Source: an uncultured Verrucomicrobiota bacterium (GTDB taxonomy: Bacteria > Verrucomicrobiota > Verrucomicrobiia > Limisphaerales > UBA8199). Taken from it: a DNA stretch of 61,236 bases. The position numbers and the translations under genes were made by a program. This document shows, in pieces, positions 19,886 to 29,684 of this stretch (position 1 is the stretch's first letter; every line of letters begins with the position of its first letter). The notes under the pieces were generated by a model. It was not told the origin of the DNA, did no database searches, and was given only the letters and a program-made list of their open reading frames with translations. The DNA lies in contig CAIQQM010000191.1 of the NCBI GenBank assembly GCA_903873945.1, positions 1 through 61,236 of the forward strand, given 5' to 3'.

Positions 19886-21094
19886 TCAATCCAGAACAGG
19901 GTCGCTGCCGTCGATCATTTTAACTTTGTTGTGGGTAAAATATTCTTTGGTCAGGGCCTTGACCATTCTGCCCCGGTGGTCGTAAAGGCGCTTGAGTTTG
20001 CGCGGCTTGTGCTTTGCGAGGGCGTAGTGGGTGAGCAGCGGCATCGCAATAGTGGTGTCGGTGTAGCAAACCACAGCGTCAGGCAGACGGTCCGGATCGA
20101 CCTTGCCCCAACTCACGGCTTCACTTGGCGTGGCGCCGGAGAGACCCCCGGTGTCCGGGCGGGCGTCGGTGATCTGGAGGAAATAATCCTGGCCATATTC
20201 CTTAATGCGGAGGACTTCCTGGATTTGCGGTTCCGTCTGAAGCATGAAGTTCTTCGGGCTGCCCCCACCCCACAGGACCACGGCGCTCTTGCCGCCGGAA
20301 CGTTTGGCCGCCAGGACAATGGCCGTGCTTTCATTAACGTCAATTGAGGGGTTGACACGCAGTTTGTTGCCACGCAGTTCAACGCCGGCAAAATTCATGC
20401 CGATGGTCGAATCGCCCGGGGACGATGTGTAGCACGGCACCCCGGCGCGGTAGGCGGCGGCGAGCACGGAGACGTCTTTGATACCCGCCTTGCGTTCCCA
20501 TTCGGCGCAGTACCTGCCAATCAGGTAGTGCAGTTCGGCGGTGCCCATTTCCTTTTGAAATTCGGGCTGGATAAGGATGCTGCGCAGGATTTCATCCGTG
20601 GCCATAAGGCAATCGCTGTAGCCGAGCAGCACGTCGTAAATGCGCACGATGTCGTTGTTGCGCAGGTCGGTGTCATCGAACTTGAAGCTGCCAACCCGGA
20701 CCGGGTAGTTAAGCGCGAAGTGCATGTCGTGGTAGAGGTTCGCGCCAGTGGCGACAATCCAGTCCACAAACCCGGCCTTGATGAGCGGCACGATGCTGGA
20801 GCAACCCATACCGGCTGGAGTGAGCGCGCCAGCGAAGCTCATACCAATGGTGACATCGGATGCCAACATTTTCGCCGCAACCAACTGGCAGGCTTCCTTG
20901 AGGCGCGCACCGTTGTAGGCGAGGAAAGTCTCATCGATGAGGTCCGGAAGCTTTTCCCTGCCGGTGATGTTCCTAGGTAAAATCCGTTTTCCGGACATGT
21001 ATTTGTCGCGATGTGGACAGTGTTTCTTCTTCATCCAATCCGGCATTTCAGAGAGGTCTTTGCGATAACGGCGCTTAGCGTTGTCATTACTCAT
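19886..21094 (-). CDS. Deoxyhypusine synthase-like protein (probable homospermidine synthase)
   Basis: [48 protein letters not shown] (catalytic Lys present). Confidence 0.92.
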   Translation of the reverse strand: MSNDNAKRRYRKDLSEMPDWMKKKHCPHRDKYMSGKRILPRNITGREKLPDLIDETFLAYNGARLKEACQLVAAKMLASDVTIGMSFAGALTPAGMGCSSIVPLIKAGFVDWIVATGANLYHDMHFALNYPVRVGSFKFDDTDLRNNDIVRIYDVLLGYSDCLMATDEILRSILIQPEFQKEMGTAELHYLIGRYCAEWERKAGIKDVSVLAAAYRAGVPCYTSSPGDSTIGMNFAGVELRGNKLRVNPSIDVNESTAIVLAAKRSGGKSAVVLWGGGSPKNFMLQTEPQIQEVLRIKEYGQDYFLQITDARPDTGGLSGATPSEAVSWGKVDPDRLPDAVVCYTDTTIAMPLLTHYALAKHKPRKLKRLYDHRGRMVKALTKEYFTHNKVKMIDGSDPVLD

Positions 21095-21255
21095 AATTCA
21101 AAATCCAGTTTCGTGCGCAGAAACAATACGCAGCTTCCCCTGCTTGCCAATCACGAAATGATTGAATTTGACGGGAATTGAAGCGGCTTCGCATCCAACT
21201 TGATGCATGAGATACCGTCAAAGGGGGCACCTAATGGTTCCGGAAGCACTGATGT

Positions 21256-21939
21256 TCAGCGTTTCTGATTGTAGTCCGGCTGAGAATATTTTTCCCGGAC
21301 CAGGGTGACAGACCGTTCGTTGAGCGGGGCATCCGGCACAAATTCCGTCCACCCAATCCCTTGCTCAGCACCGACAACCGTGCACATGGCTTTCTGCCAA
21401 TCGGCCCTGGTTGGTGAACGCGGAGGCGGCTGAACGGAGCCCTGGATAAGAAGCCCGTTGCGGGTTCTGCGCTGGGCTGCGCCGGCGATTTTTTTTCCGT
21501 GACAGAGGAGATCGGACTTCTCGCAGCCGTCGAAACACTGCCCAGGCCCGGCTTTGCGAACGCAGGGCGCAAGTTCGGTCGCCATATTGTTTTTTGCGAA
21601 CGCAGATTGAAGCCACTGGTGAACGCGCCGATAGCTTTCCACTGCCACGAGCGAATACCAGGCGTCGGTGGTCGGGAAGGCAAAGCTATAAGTCCAATCC
21701 GCATCGTGTGGAACAATTCCTCCGCCCGTTGGCCGGCGCACCAGTGGACGCAGCGTGGTCAACCGTTCGACTTCAGCGAATCTTTGGAAGTAACCAAACG
21801 AAGCGGCGGGCGCTGTCCAACTGTAGAATCGCAGCAACGGCCGCCCCAGCCGTGGCATTGCTTCCAACATCGCTTCGTCCAGAGCCATGTTGAGGGCGGG
21901 AGAGCCCGGTCCGGATTGGAGCAGGTACCACGACATCAT
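21256..21939 (-). CDS. Lipoate-protein ligase / octanoyltransferase family protein
   Basis: NMALDEA, LRFYSW, SFGYFQ, VRRPTGGG, KIAGAAQRR. Confidence 0.9.
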   Translation of the reverse strand: MMSWYLLQSGPGSPALNMALDEAMLEAMPRLGRPLLRFYSWTAPAASFGYFQRFAEVERLTTLRPLVRRPTGGGIVPHDADWTYSFAFPTTDAWYSLVAVESYRRVHQWLQSAFAKNNMATELAPCVRKAGPGQCFDGCEKSDLLCHGKKIAGAAQRRTRNGLLIQGSVQPPPRSPTRADWQKAMCTVVGAEQGIGWTEFVPDAPLNERSVTLVREKYSQPDYNQKR

Positions 21940-22607
21940 TTGTTGCGCTCACTGGACGGCACGCCAATGCGCGGGCAGAACGCTTTGATTTCGCAGGTTG
22001 GACATTCAGGATTGCGCGCAAAGCAACGGCGGCGTCCGTGCCAAATCAGCCAGTGGCTGAACATGGTCCACTGCTTCCGGGGAACGAGTTTCATCAGCAT
22101 TTGCTCGATTTTCTCCGGGGTTTTTTCCTTGGTCAGGCCCAGTCGCTGAGAAAGCCTTGTGACATGGGTGTCCACGACGACTCCGGCATTCATATCGAAA
22201 GCATTGCCTAGGACGACATTAGCCGTTTTGCGCCCCACACCACCGAGGGCGACCAATTCCTCCATTGTGCGTGGCACCTGCCCGCCGTGTTTTTCAATGA
22301 TGGCCTGGCAACAAGCTTTGATGCTTTTTGCTTTGTTGCGGAAGAAGCCGGTTGATTTGATGTCCTGCTCCAGTTCGGTGAGGCCGGCTTTGGCATAATC
22401 CGTTGCAGAGCGATGCTTCCCGAACAATTCCGCAGTGACAAGATTGACACGTTTGTCGGTGCACTGCGCCGAAAGAATGGTTGCGATGAGCAACTGGAGT
22501 GGATTGGAGAAGTTCAGTTCGCAGCGGGCGCCGGGATAGGTTTTCTTCAGGCCAGCAATGATGCTTTTCAGCCGGTTGGCTTTAGCAGCGTCCGTTTCGC
22601 GGGGCAT
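21936..22607 (-). CDS. nth: Endonuclease III
   Basis: ILSAQCTD, HhH GVGRKTANVV, VDTHV, CFARNPECPTCEIKAFC 4Fe-4S motif. Confidence 0.96.
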   Translation of the reverse strand: MPRETDAAKANRLKSIIAGLKKTYPGARCELNFSNPLQLLIATILSAQCTDKRVNLVTAELFGKHRSATDYAKAGLTELEQDIKSTGFFRNKAKSIKACCQAIIEKHGGQVPRTMEELVALGGVGRKTANVVLGNAFDMNAGVVVDTHVTRLSQRLGLTKEKTPEKIEQMLMKLVPRKQWTMFSHWLIWHGRRRCFARNPECPTCEIKAFCPRIGVPSSERNK

Positions 22608-22748
22608 AACGCTGTCCAAGCTAAGCGCATGAGCTTTGGTCAGCAAGCGCCGAGAAGCCGCCTTGCCTTTCCAGAAAGTCCGAAAGGAACCGGCTTCAAG
22701 AAAAATGCCTGAAGCTGTCGAATGGCCAGGCGGGTCCTGCTGGGAAAT

Positions 22749-24983
22749 TTATTTGGCAGGCGCTGCCGGAGCCGGAACAGCCGGGGCTGCGCTGGCGGGC
22801 GGAAGCTTGCCGCGGATTACCCATGAGCTGGTCACTTTATCCGGGAGGTAGCTGTCGAACTTGCCGACGGCCCAGCAGAGCGCCAACAAGAGGATGAGAG
22901 CAAGTGAGATGTACAGGCCCCACGGACGCCTTTTTTCCGCGAAGGGATCGACAAGGTCGCGTTGTGATCCGGGCGGCAGCGCGGCCACCTGAGTGAGCGT
23001 GGCGCCAAAGGGCACGTTGATTTTTGCCTTGGCGTTGACCGCCCAACCGTTCGCGTCAAGGATGGGGCCGAGGTTTCGTTTCCGCAGTTTAAGCCAGGCC
23101 AGGAACATGGAAGGTATTGAAATCGCCAGCAGGATGCCGACAATGGCAAGGGGCATTTTCCAGGGAGGCAGGTTGGCGATCGCAGCGAAGATTCCACCCA
23201 AAGCCGCCAGCAATGTCGTAAGCACCAATCCGATCGCCGCCAGAGTCCCGGTGTCAATTTTGGTGCTCGGCGGTGTGACCGGCAATGCCGGAGGTGGCAC
23301 CGGTTTGGTCGGGTCAACATTCACGGCAGCAGCCGCACTTTGTTCGAGCTGTTTTGTTGCAGCGGCGTCGGCGGTTGCGGCGCGCTTGGTGACCTGCTCC
23401 TCGATCATGCGCACCACTTTCTTGTACGGCGCCCAGAATGCCTGCCGGATACTGATGGGGTTTTCAATGATCCTAGTAATCGTGGCATCCCAGTCACGTC
23501 CTTTGCGGTCGTAGAAGATGCCGTTCCGTCCGACCATTAGATTGTCGGAATCTCCCGCAGTGAACGCGGCCACAATCTGCAGCTTCTCGCCGGTGGCTTT
23601 TCGCACGCAGTCGCAATAGGCGAGGTAGGTACCCGCCAGTCCGGCCATCAGCGCGTGCCGGCCCGTGTCCTCGACAATGAGGCAGAGGTCGCAGCTCCGT
23701 TGGTCGAGATAAAGCGTGCCGGCCTGGAAAATCGCCTTGTCTTTGCGCCCGTAAAATTCCCTAAAGGAAACGAAATTGTTGCACAGCTTATAGATGTCGC
23801 GGTGGTACCGGACCAGCTTCTCAACGGAGGCAATCGCTGTGAACTCCGGCTCCAATTTCTTGTCCTCGGCGATGAGCGCAGCAATTTTTTCCCTGGCCGG
23901 GCTCGAGAGAATTTCGCGGACGCGCTTAAGGCCGAGTTTCTCTACGGAAGCCCCAACCTTGCCTGCGGACCAGTACTCGAAGGGATCGAATTTAGCCAAC
24001 AGTACCGACCATTCAGTTTCCGTCAGCGACGACTTGTCTCCCAGGAGGGGTTTGACAGCAGTTTGACACATGGCGGCCAGCGCGCCGGCCCAGGCGGGAT
24101 TGGCTCCATCCTTTAGTGGCAGCGACCGGTTAGCCTCGACGCGCGCGAGGGGAAAAGCGGCAATCTCGGCGGCGGCGAAAGTGAGGTCCTTTGCCGAAAA
24201 CGCCAAGTATTCCTTTTCCTCACGGTTCAAGGCGCCTACGGCGCGCGGATCAAAAGCCGCCAGCCGGCACCGGGTGAAGTAATCGTCGACTTTGGCTTTG
24301 ACGGCTTTAACGGCGGCTACGGCAACCATCGTGCCATCGGCAAGGGGCAAAATGGCCGGGTCGGATTCCGCTTTCTTCCACCAGTCCGCATAGGCCCGGG
24401 CCTCAGAGAAGAATTGGTCCACACGGGCCTGGCGCACGCCAGGCTTGCCACTGCGGTCGGGCTCGGCGCCGAGGCAGGCGATAATGTCCTTGATGACCGA
24501 TCGAGTCGGTTCATCGGCCGCCGACTCGGCAGGCACAATGCCATCGCCATTAAACAGGGTCTCCTCAAATTTTTCCGCGACTCTTGCCGCGTCCTCGGTG
24601 CTGACAGCATCGGCAGTTTTTTTCAATGTGCTGAGGATCTGGCAGGCGGAAGCCAGCAACTGTTTGCCTTCCGGCGTGGCGTCATTGATAGAGCTCAACG
24701 GCAGCGATGGGGAAGACTTGAGAAGATCATCGGGGTTTTTCAAGAGACTAGAAATCCATTTGACAGCGGCAATCAGTTCCGGCGCCCGGATCCGACCGTC
24801 TTTGTCACCGTCGATCAGTGCCAGCGTTGTGGAGTCGAATTCCAGTCCGGTTGTGGGGCAAGCGAGAGCGACCCAAAGTTTCTGGTCAAGTTGATCCAGC
24901 GCCAGAAGGTCGGTGCCGGTGTCCAGCTTAACCTGGTCGAAGCCGCCGGCACGGAAGAATTTCCATATATGGTTCGTGTTCAT
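22749..24983 (-). CDS. Large hypothetical protein with EF-hand-like loop and C-terminal TM segments
   Basis: Starts MNTNHIWKFFRAGGFDQV; DGDKDGRIRAPEL EF-hand-like loop; three C-terminal hydrophobic helices. Confidence 0.75.
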   Translation of the reverse strand: MNTNHIWKFFRAGGFDQVKLDTGTDLLALDQLDQKLWVALACPTTGLEFDSTTLALIDGDKDGRIRAPELIAAVKWISSLLKNPDDLLKSSPSLPLSSINDATPEGKQLLASACQILSTLKKTADAVSTEDAARVAEKFEETLFNGDGIVPAESAADEPTRSVIKDIIACLGAEPDRSGKPGVRQARVDQFFSEARAYADWWKKAESDPAILPLADGTMVAVAAVKAVKAKVDDYFTRCRLAAFDPRAVGALNREEKEYLAFSAKDLTFAAAEIAAFPLARVEANRSLPLKDGANPAWAGALAAMCQTAVKPLLGDKSSLTETEWSVLLAKFDPFEYWSAGKVGASVEKLGLKRVREILSSPAREKIAALIAEDKKLEPEFTAIASVEKLVRYHRDIYKLCNNFVSFREFYGRKDKAIFQAGTLYLDQRSCDLCLIVEDTGRHALMAGLAGTYLAYCDCVRKATGEKLQIVAAFTAGDSDNLMVGRNGIFYDRKGRDWDATITRIIENPISIRQAFWAPYKKVVRMIEEQVTKRAATADAAATKQLEQSAAAAVNVDPTKPVPPPALPVTPPSTKIDTGTLAAIGLVLTTLLAALGGIFAAIANLPPWKMPLAIVGILLAISIPSMFLAWLKLRKRNLGPILDANGWAVNAKAKINVPFGATLTQVAALPPGSQRDLVDPFAEKRRPWGLYISLALILLLALCWAVGKFDSYLPDKVTSSWVIRGKLPPASAAPAVPAPAAPAK

Positions 24984-25124
24984 GACTTTTTCAGAGGTTG
25001 AGTTGCGGGGAATGACCGGGCTGCGGTGTTGCGAGTTGCGAAAGGCCGCCGCGAAAAACAAAGGTGCGGCAATTGGACCTTTGAGAAGCTGGGTTATCAG
25101 TCCGAACGCGCCCTGCGAATTCGG

Positions 25125-25276
25125 TTAGCCTCTCCGCTGCCACTCGGATTGAGCCTGACATCAATAATACGATCCGTTAAAGGCTGCACCCCATGCGTGA
25201 TAAGAGTCTATCTCATGGCGGTTCCAATTCAAGGGGCAATTCACTCCTGGAAACGGACAAATGATGGCGGGAACTT
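25125..25276 (-). ncRNA. Candidate structured RNA (6S/SsrS-like rod)
   Basis: Nested complementarity on the minus strand: TCCGTT/AACGGA, CCATG/CATGG, GATAG/TTATC, 3' ATTGA/TCAAT hairpin; judged by eye only. Confidence 0.3.
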
Positions 25277-25285
25277 CAGGCTGCG

Positions 25286-26524
25286 CTACACGAGCTCAGG
25301 TTCTTCGATCTCCTTTGGCGCGGCCACTAAAGGCGTTCCGTCGGCGGCTTCGGGATATTCGAAGACTCGACCTTCGTAGTTTCGAATCACAACGCGATCG
25401 GCATTGCGGCTGAGGACGTAATCTGGATTGACGGGCACTTTACCACCACCGCCGGGCGCGTCGATGACGTACTGGGGCACAGCATAGCCGGTGGTGTGCC
25501 CCCTTAAACTCTCCATGATCTCGAGGCCTTTGCGCACGCTGGTGCGCAAATGGGCCGAGCCGGCGATAAGATCGCACTGGTAGATATAGTAGGGTTTAAC
25601 GCGGCACATCAGCAGCTTTTGCACCTGGGCCAGCATCACCCCGGGATTATCATTGACGTTACGGAGCAGGACAGATTGGTTGCCCAAAGGAATGCCGGCG
25701 TCAGCCAAGCGCCCGAGAGCGTCGCGAACCTCGGCAGTCAGTTCCCGCGGATGGTTTGAGTGAATGCTAACAAACAGCGGATGATATCGCCGGAGCATTC
25801 CGCACAGTTGAGGAGTGATGCGCTGTGGCAGGAAGATAGGGATGCGCGTGCCAATCCGGAGGAATTCCACGTGCGGAATCGCCCGCAGCCGATCCAGAAG
25901 ATATTCGAGCTTTTCATCGCTGAACAGCAATGGATCGCCGCCGCTCAGCAGCACATCACGCACCTGCGGATGCTGGCGGACATATTCGATCTGCCGGTCG
26001 AATTCGGGATGAAAATCGTAACCGCTGGCATTGCTGACCAAGCGAGAGCGGGTGCAATAACGGCAATAAGCCGCGCATCGATCGGTCACAAGAAACAGAA
26101 CACGGTCGGGATAACGATGTACCAGGCCCGGCACGGGGGAATGCGAATCCTCGCCGCACGGGTCGCTCATTTCCCATGGTGCGGTGTGGGTTTCCTGCAC
26201 GCGTGGAATCACCTGCCAGCGAATGGGGCAATTCTCATCAGCCGGGTCGATGAGATTAAAGAAGTAGGGCGTGATGGCGAGCGCGAGCTTGTGATTGGCA
26301 AGCGCGGCGCCGGCAAATTCCTCCGGCGTGAGGGTAGGCATCAACCGCTGAAGTTGCTCGACCGTGGTAATCCTGTGCTTGAGCTGCCAATGCCAATCAT
26401 TCCAGTCCGTGTCGGAAACATCAGTCCAAAACCCCTTGCCTGCAGGGTGAAATTCCTTAAGCACCTCCCATCGCAAACACGAGGGCGGCTCCTCTTTATC
26501 CCCGGTCAAATTGACGCTATGCAT
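25286..26524 (-). CDS. KamA-family radical SAM protein (lysine 2,3-aminomutase-like)
   Basis: GLVHRYPDRVL, CAAYCRYCTR, LLSGGDPL, NQSVLL, DAPGGGGK. Confidence 0.93.
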   Translation of the reverse strand: MHSVNLTGDKEEPPSCLRWEVLKEFHPAGKGFWTDVSDTDWNDWHWQLKHRITTVEQLQRLMPTLTPEEFAGAALANHKLALAITPYFFNLIDPADENCPIRWQVIPRVQETHTAPWEMSDPCGEDSHSPVPGLVHRYPDRVLFLVTDRCAAYCRYCTRSRLVSNASGYDFHPEFDRQIEYVRQHPQVRDVLLSGGDPLLFSDEKLEYLLDRLRAIPHVEFLRIGTRIPIFLPQRITPQLCGMLRRYHPLFVSIHSNHPRELTAEVRDALGRLADAGIPLGNQSVLLRNVNDNPGVMLAQVQKLLMCRVKPYYIYQCDLIAGSAHLRTSVRKGLEIMESLRGHTTGYAVPQYVIDAPGGGGKVPVNPDYVLSRNADRVVIRNYEGRVFEYPEAADGTPLVAAPKEIEEPELV

Positions 26525-26702
26525 TTTACCTTCAGTTCTTGTAGACGGACTATAAATTCGATAAAAAACCTGTCAAGAGAAGGGGATTGATTGTTTGGCG
26601 TTTCCGATGTTAAGTCGCTAATTAGAAACTGGTTGCGCGGCAAAAATGTTGGGTGGTTTTGGACGAACACAACGCGGCCCAAGTCGCGCCGCGCGTTCTT
26701 TT

Positions 26703-28163
26703 CTAATGCCTTTGTGCCTGCCGCCGGACATCCAATTCGTCAAGGCGTTTAAGTGTTTCCTCGGCCGCCCGGCTTGAGTTTGCCACATTCCCCTGGACAG
26801 AGGTGGGCTGCAAATTGCGGTTGTTTAGCAGGTACGCTTCCAATGTCTGACAGTACTCATCCACCAACCCGGCCAAATCACGGGCAACCCGAAGGCGGAG
26901 CATTCCCAATTCGCGAAGCTTGTTTTGAAGCGCCTGATTCCGGGCGGCGGGCTCCCAGTCACGGATGATTGTTTGGAGAGTGACCTCGGTGCGGAAGGGC
27001 AGTTCGTTTGAGCTAGTGCGAACCTGGACGGACGAGTTGAGCATTTGCGCCAGCTTTTGCCGGCTTTCCTCTTCCGACCAAGTTTGGGCCAAATCGTGTC
27101 CAGAGAAATAGGCAAGATGCAAAGCCCACCATTTTTCGACGTCGAGCGGCCGCTGGAAATAGGCGCGAAAAGCATGGAGGAAAGCCAGTTGCCAGTTGTA
27201 ATACCGGGAAAGTTCAGCCAGCATTGAGCGCAAGTAAGCTCGGCCTTCTTGCAGATTCAATAGCTCGCATACGAACAGCTGGGCGCTGCTGCGGTAAACT
27301 TCGCTTCCACTGCCGGACATCCGGTCATCCGGGGGCCAGCTCAGTTGTTCGAACGTCAGCGGGGGATTGGCACGCAATTGTTGGTGTGCCTGCTCGAGCG
27401 GGTTGCCTTTGCGCGCATTAATGAAGGTGGCGGCGAGGCTCAAGCCGTTAACGTTCGCACGAGGCGGTGGTAGAATGATTTCAGCTTCGCTGGAAGCGAG
27501 CAGTTGTTTCGCAAGACCCGCGACGAGCCAAGGCGGAAGTTCTGCGGAGCGCGTTTCGGCGCTACGATTGGCGATCTCGAGCAAAACCACTTGCACAATC
27601 GCTTGCACATACCGAGTCCGCTCCACCACTTCAGGCAGGTCGACACGATACTGCCAGCCGTCCCGAAAACGCTCCGAAGTAATCGTGACAGGCTCGTTGC
27701 CGGAGGATGCAGGAAAGAGCACCAGGTAAATCCTTCCCTGCCAAGAAGTTCCGGCCTGAAGTTCGCGCAGCAGACTTTGTTTAATCCGCTCGCAGGAAAC
27801 TGAAAGCAACGTTGGGTCGAGGCAAACGAAGCTCAAGTTCGTTGACAGGGCCAGCGCTGCACGGGAGGAGCGCGAACTTCCGCCACCCCGGATTATAAAC
27901 TGGCCCGAGTGGCTCCGGGTTGCGAATGTATCCCGCGGCACGATCTGGGCTGTAGCTGGGTTCGGCAAGATGACCAACAAAAACGCCACCCAGAGCGCCG
28001 GCTGCCAGGTATTTCGGGGGAGGCTCGCAAGTTTCAAACAGTGACAATGCCCGTATTGCGCGGGAACTCGCAGGGTTTCGCGTCCCATAGCCCGCGCCCT
28101 TTTCCAGTCCTGGAGTCGCGCCGCTCCGACTTCCGTGATTGTTCGAGCAGACAAATTAGCCAT
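26703..28163 (-). CDS. Hypothetical exported protein (start uncertain)
   Basis: Long ORF with an internal signal-peptide-like stretch, so the true start is probably downstream of 28163; LPPWLVAGLA resembles a degenerate peptidase-MA motif. Confidence 0.6.
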   Translation of the reverse strand: MANLSARTITEVGAARLQDWKRARAMGRETLRVPAQYGHCHCLKLASLPRNTWQPALWVAFLLVILPNPATAQIVPRDTFATRSHSGQFIIRGGGSSRSSRAALALSTNLSFVCLDPTLLSVSCERIKQSLLRELQAGTSWQGRIYLVLFPASSGNEPVTITSERFRDGWQYRVDLPEVVERTRYVQAIVQVVLLEIANRSAETRSAELPPWLVAGLAKQLLASSEAEIILPPPRANVNGLSLAATFINARKGNPLEQAHQQLRANPPLTFEQLSWPPDDRMSGSGSEVYRSSAQLFVCELLNLQEGRAYLRSMLAELSRYYNWQLAFLHAFRAYFQRPLDVEKWWALHLAYFSGHDLAQTWSEEESRQKLAQMLNSSVQVRTSSNELPFRTEVTLQTIIRDWEPAARNQALQNKLRELGMLRLRVARDLAGLVDEYCQTLEAYLLNNRNLQPTSVQGNVANSSRAAEETLKRLDELDVRRQAQRH

Positions 28164-28493
28164 CTAGGTCCTGGCAGGAGAGGATTTCGGCGGCTTGCTG
28201 TCCGGCTTGGCAGGAGGCGTTTTCGTGTCTCCTCCAGCCGCGGAGCTGGCAGCGGCGGAATCCTTTTTTGCGGCTTCTTTATATTTCTCGCTGCGATAAT
28301 CCGTGGCGTAAAAGCCACTGCCTTTGAAAATCAGGCCGGCCCCTCCGCTAATGACTCGCTTGACGTCCCCTTTCCCCCAGCGCTTCTGCACACACAATTC
28401 CTTCGGGCAAACAGTCAGCGGCCTGGCGGACATCCCCTGAACCTTCTCAAATCGATGCCCGCATTTCGTGCAAACGTATTCGTAAGTCGGCAT
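28164..28493 (-). CDS. FmdB-family zinc ribbon protein
   Basis: MPTYEYVCTKCGHRFE...CP...FKGSGFYATDY. Confidence 0.92.
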   Translation of the reverse strand: MPTYEYVCTKCGHRFEKVQGMSARPLTVCPKELCVQKRWGKGDVKRVISGGAGLIFKGSGFYATDYRSEKYKEAAKKDSAAASSAAGGDTKTPPAKPDSKPPKSSPART

Positions 28494-28625
28494 AGTCGGT
28501 AACTTAATAATCGGCCCCAGAAGTTGGGTCAAGGGTGGGGAATTAAGCTCATATCAGTCATTCGTCGTGTTCGGGGGGACAAGCTGCCTTTTGTCAACGC
28601 AATCCCGCAAGGCTAAACGGCCGGG

Positions 28626-29684
28626 TTATCCCCCAATGCAGCTCATCGAGCGGGTTGGCGGCACGAAATCGGGTTCGCCGATATGATGCCGCTCTTCTTT
28701 TTGCCAGACGACCTCCTTGAGCCATTGGCCAAGCGCCTCATCGCCGGCACCGCCGCGAAGATGCGAGCGCAAATCATGTTCGGTCACACTGAACAAACAG
28801 GTCCGAATTTTGCCGTCAGCCGTCAGCCGGATGCGATTGCAGTGGCCGCAAAACGGCTCGCTTACAGGGGCAATGATTCCAATTTCGCCACGCCCATCGG
28901 GAAAAGCCCAACGCTTCGCCGTGGCGGAGGGGTTGTCGGAAGCAACAGGCCGGAGGTCGAAACGGGTTTGCAGGCGCTGGATCACCTCACGGCCGGGCAC
29001 CACCATTTCCTTAAGCCATGCGCGAGCGGCATCGAGCGGCATGAATTCGATGAAGCGGAGACTGAGGTTGTGCTGGCGCGCAAAATCGGTCAGCGCTTCA
29101 AGCTCATGGTCATTAAGTCCACGAATAACCACAACGTTGATCTTCACCGGATGAAAACCGAGCTGCTGTGCAAGTTGAATGCCGTCCAAAACCTCGGCCA
29201 GTCCGTCCCGGCCGGTGATTTTCCTGAAATTCTCGCGATCAAGCGAATCCAGGCTGAAACTAATGCGAGAAAGCCCCGCCTGCCGGAGCGCTTGAGCCTT
29301 CTGCAGGAACAGAAAACCATTCGAAGTCATCGCCAGGTCTGTGATCCCTGGAATCCCGGCTATGCGCGCAACCAGATCTTCCACGCCGTGACGAAGCAAA
29401 GGTTCCCCGCCGGTGAGCCGGATTTTTTGAATTCCCCACCGGACCGCCAGAAGCACAACGCGTTCGATCTCTTCAAAGGTCAGGAGATTCGATTTGGGCA
29501 CCCACTGCTGCACGAGAGGCGCTGAATCCGGCATGTGGGCCCAGTGACCACGATAGAAGTTTTGCGCGGCCTCGGTTTCCGGCAGGCAATATAAACACCG
29601 GAAATTGCAACGATCCGTCAAGCTTACCCGCAGGTCGCGCAGGACACGGCCCTGAGAGTCGATGAGAACATTCGCCTGCGTCAT
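28626..29684 (-). CDS. moaA: GTP 3',8-cyclase MoaA
   Basis: LRVSLTDRCNFRCLYC, RLTGGEP, RFIEFMP, FCGHCNRIR...CL, C-terminal IGG. Confidence 0.96.
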   Translation of the reverse strand: MTQANVLIDSQGRVLRDLRVSLTDRCNFRCLYCLPETEAAQNFYRGHWAHMPDSAPLVQQWVPKSNLLTFEEIERVVLLAVRWGIQKIRLTGGEPLLRHGVEDLVARIAGIPGITDLAMTSNGFLFLQKAQALRQAGLSRISFSLDSLDRENFRKITGRDGLAEVLDGIQLAQQLGFHPVKINVVVIRGLNDHELEALTDFARQHNLSLRFIEFMPLDAARAWLKEMVVPGREVIQRLQTRFDLRPVASDNPSATAKRWAFPDGRGEIGIIAPVSEPFCGHCNRIRLTADGKIRTCLFSVTEHDLRSHLRGGAGDEALGQWLKEVVWQKEERHHIGEPDFVPPTRSMSCIGG

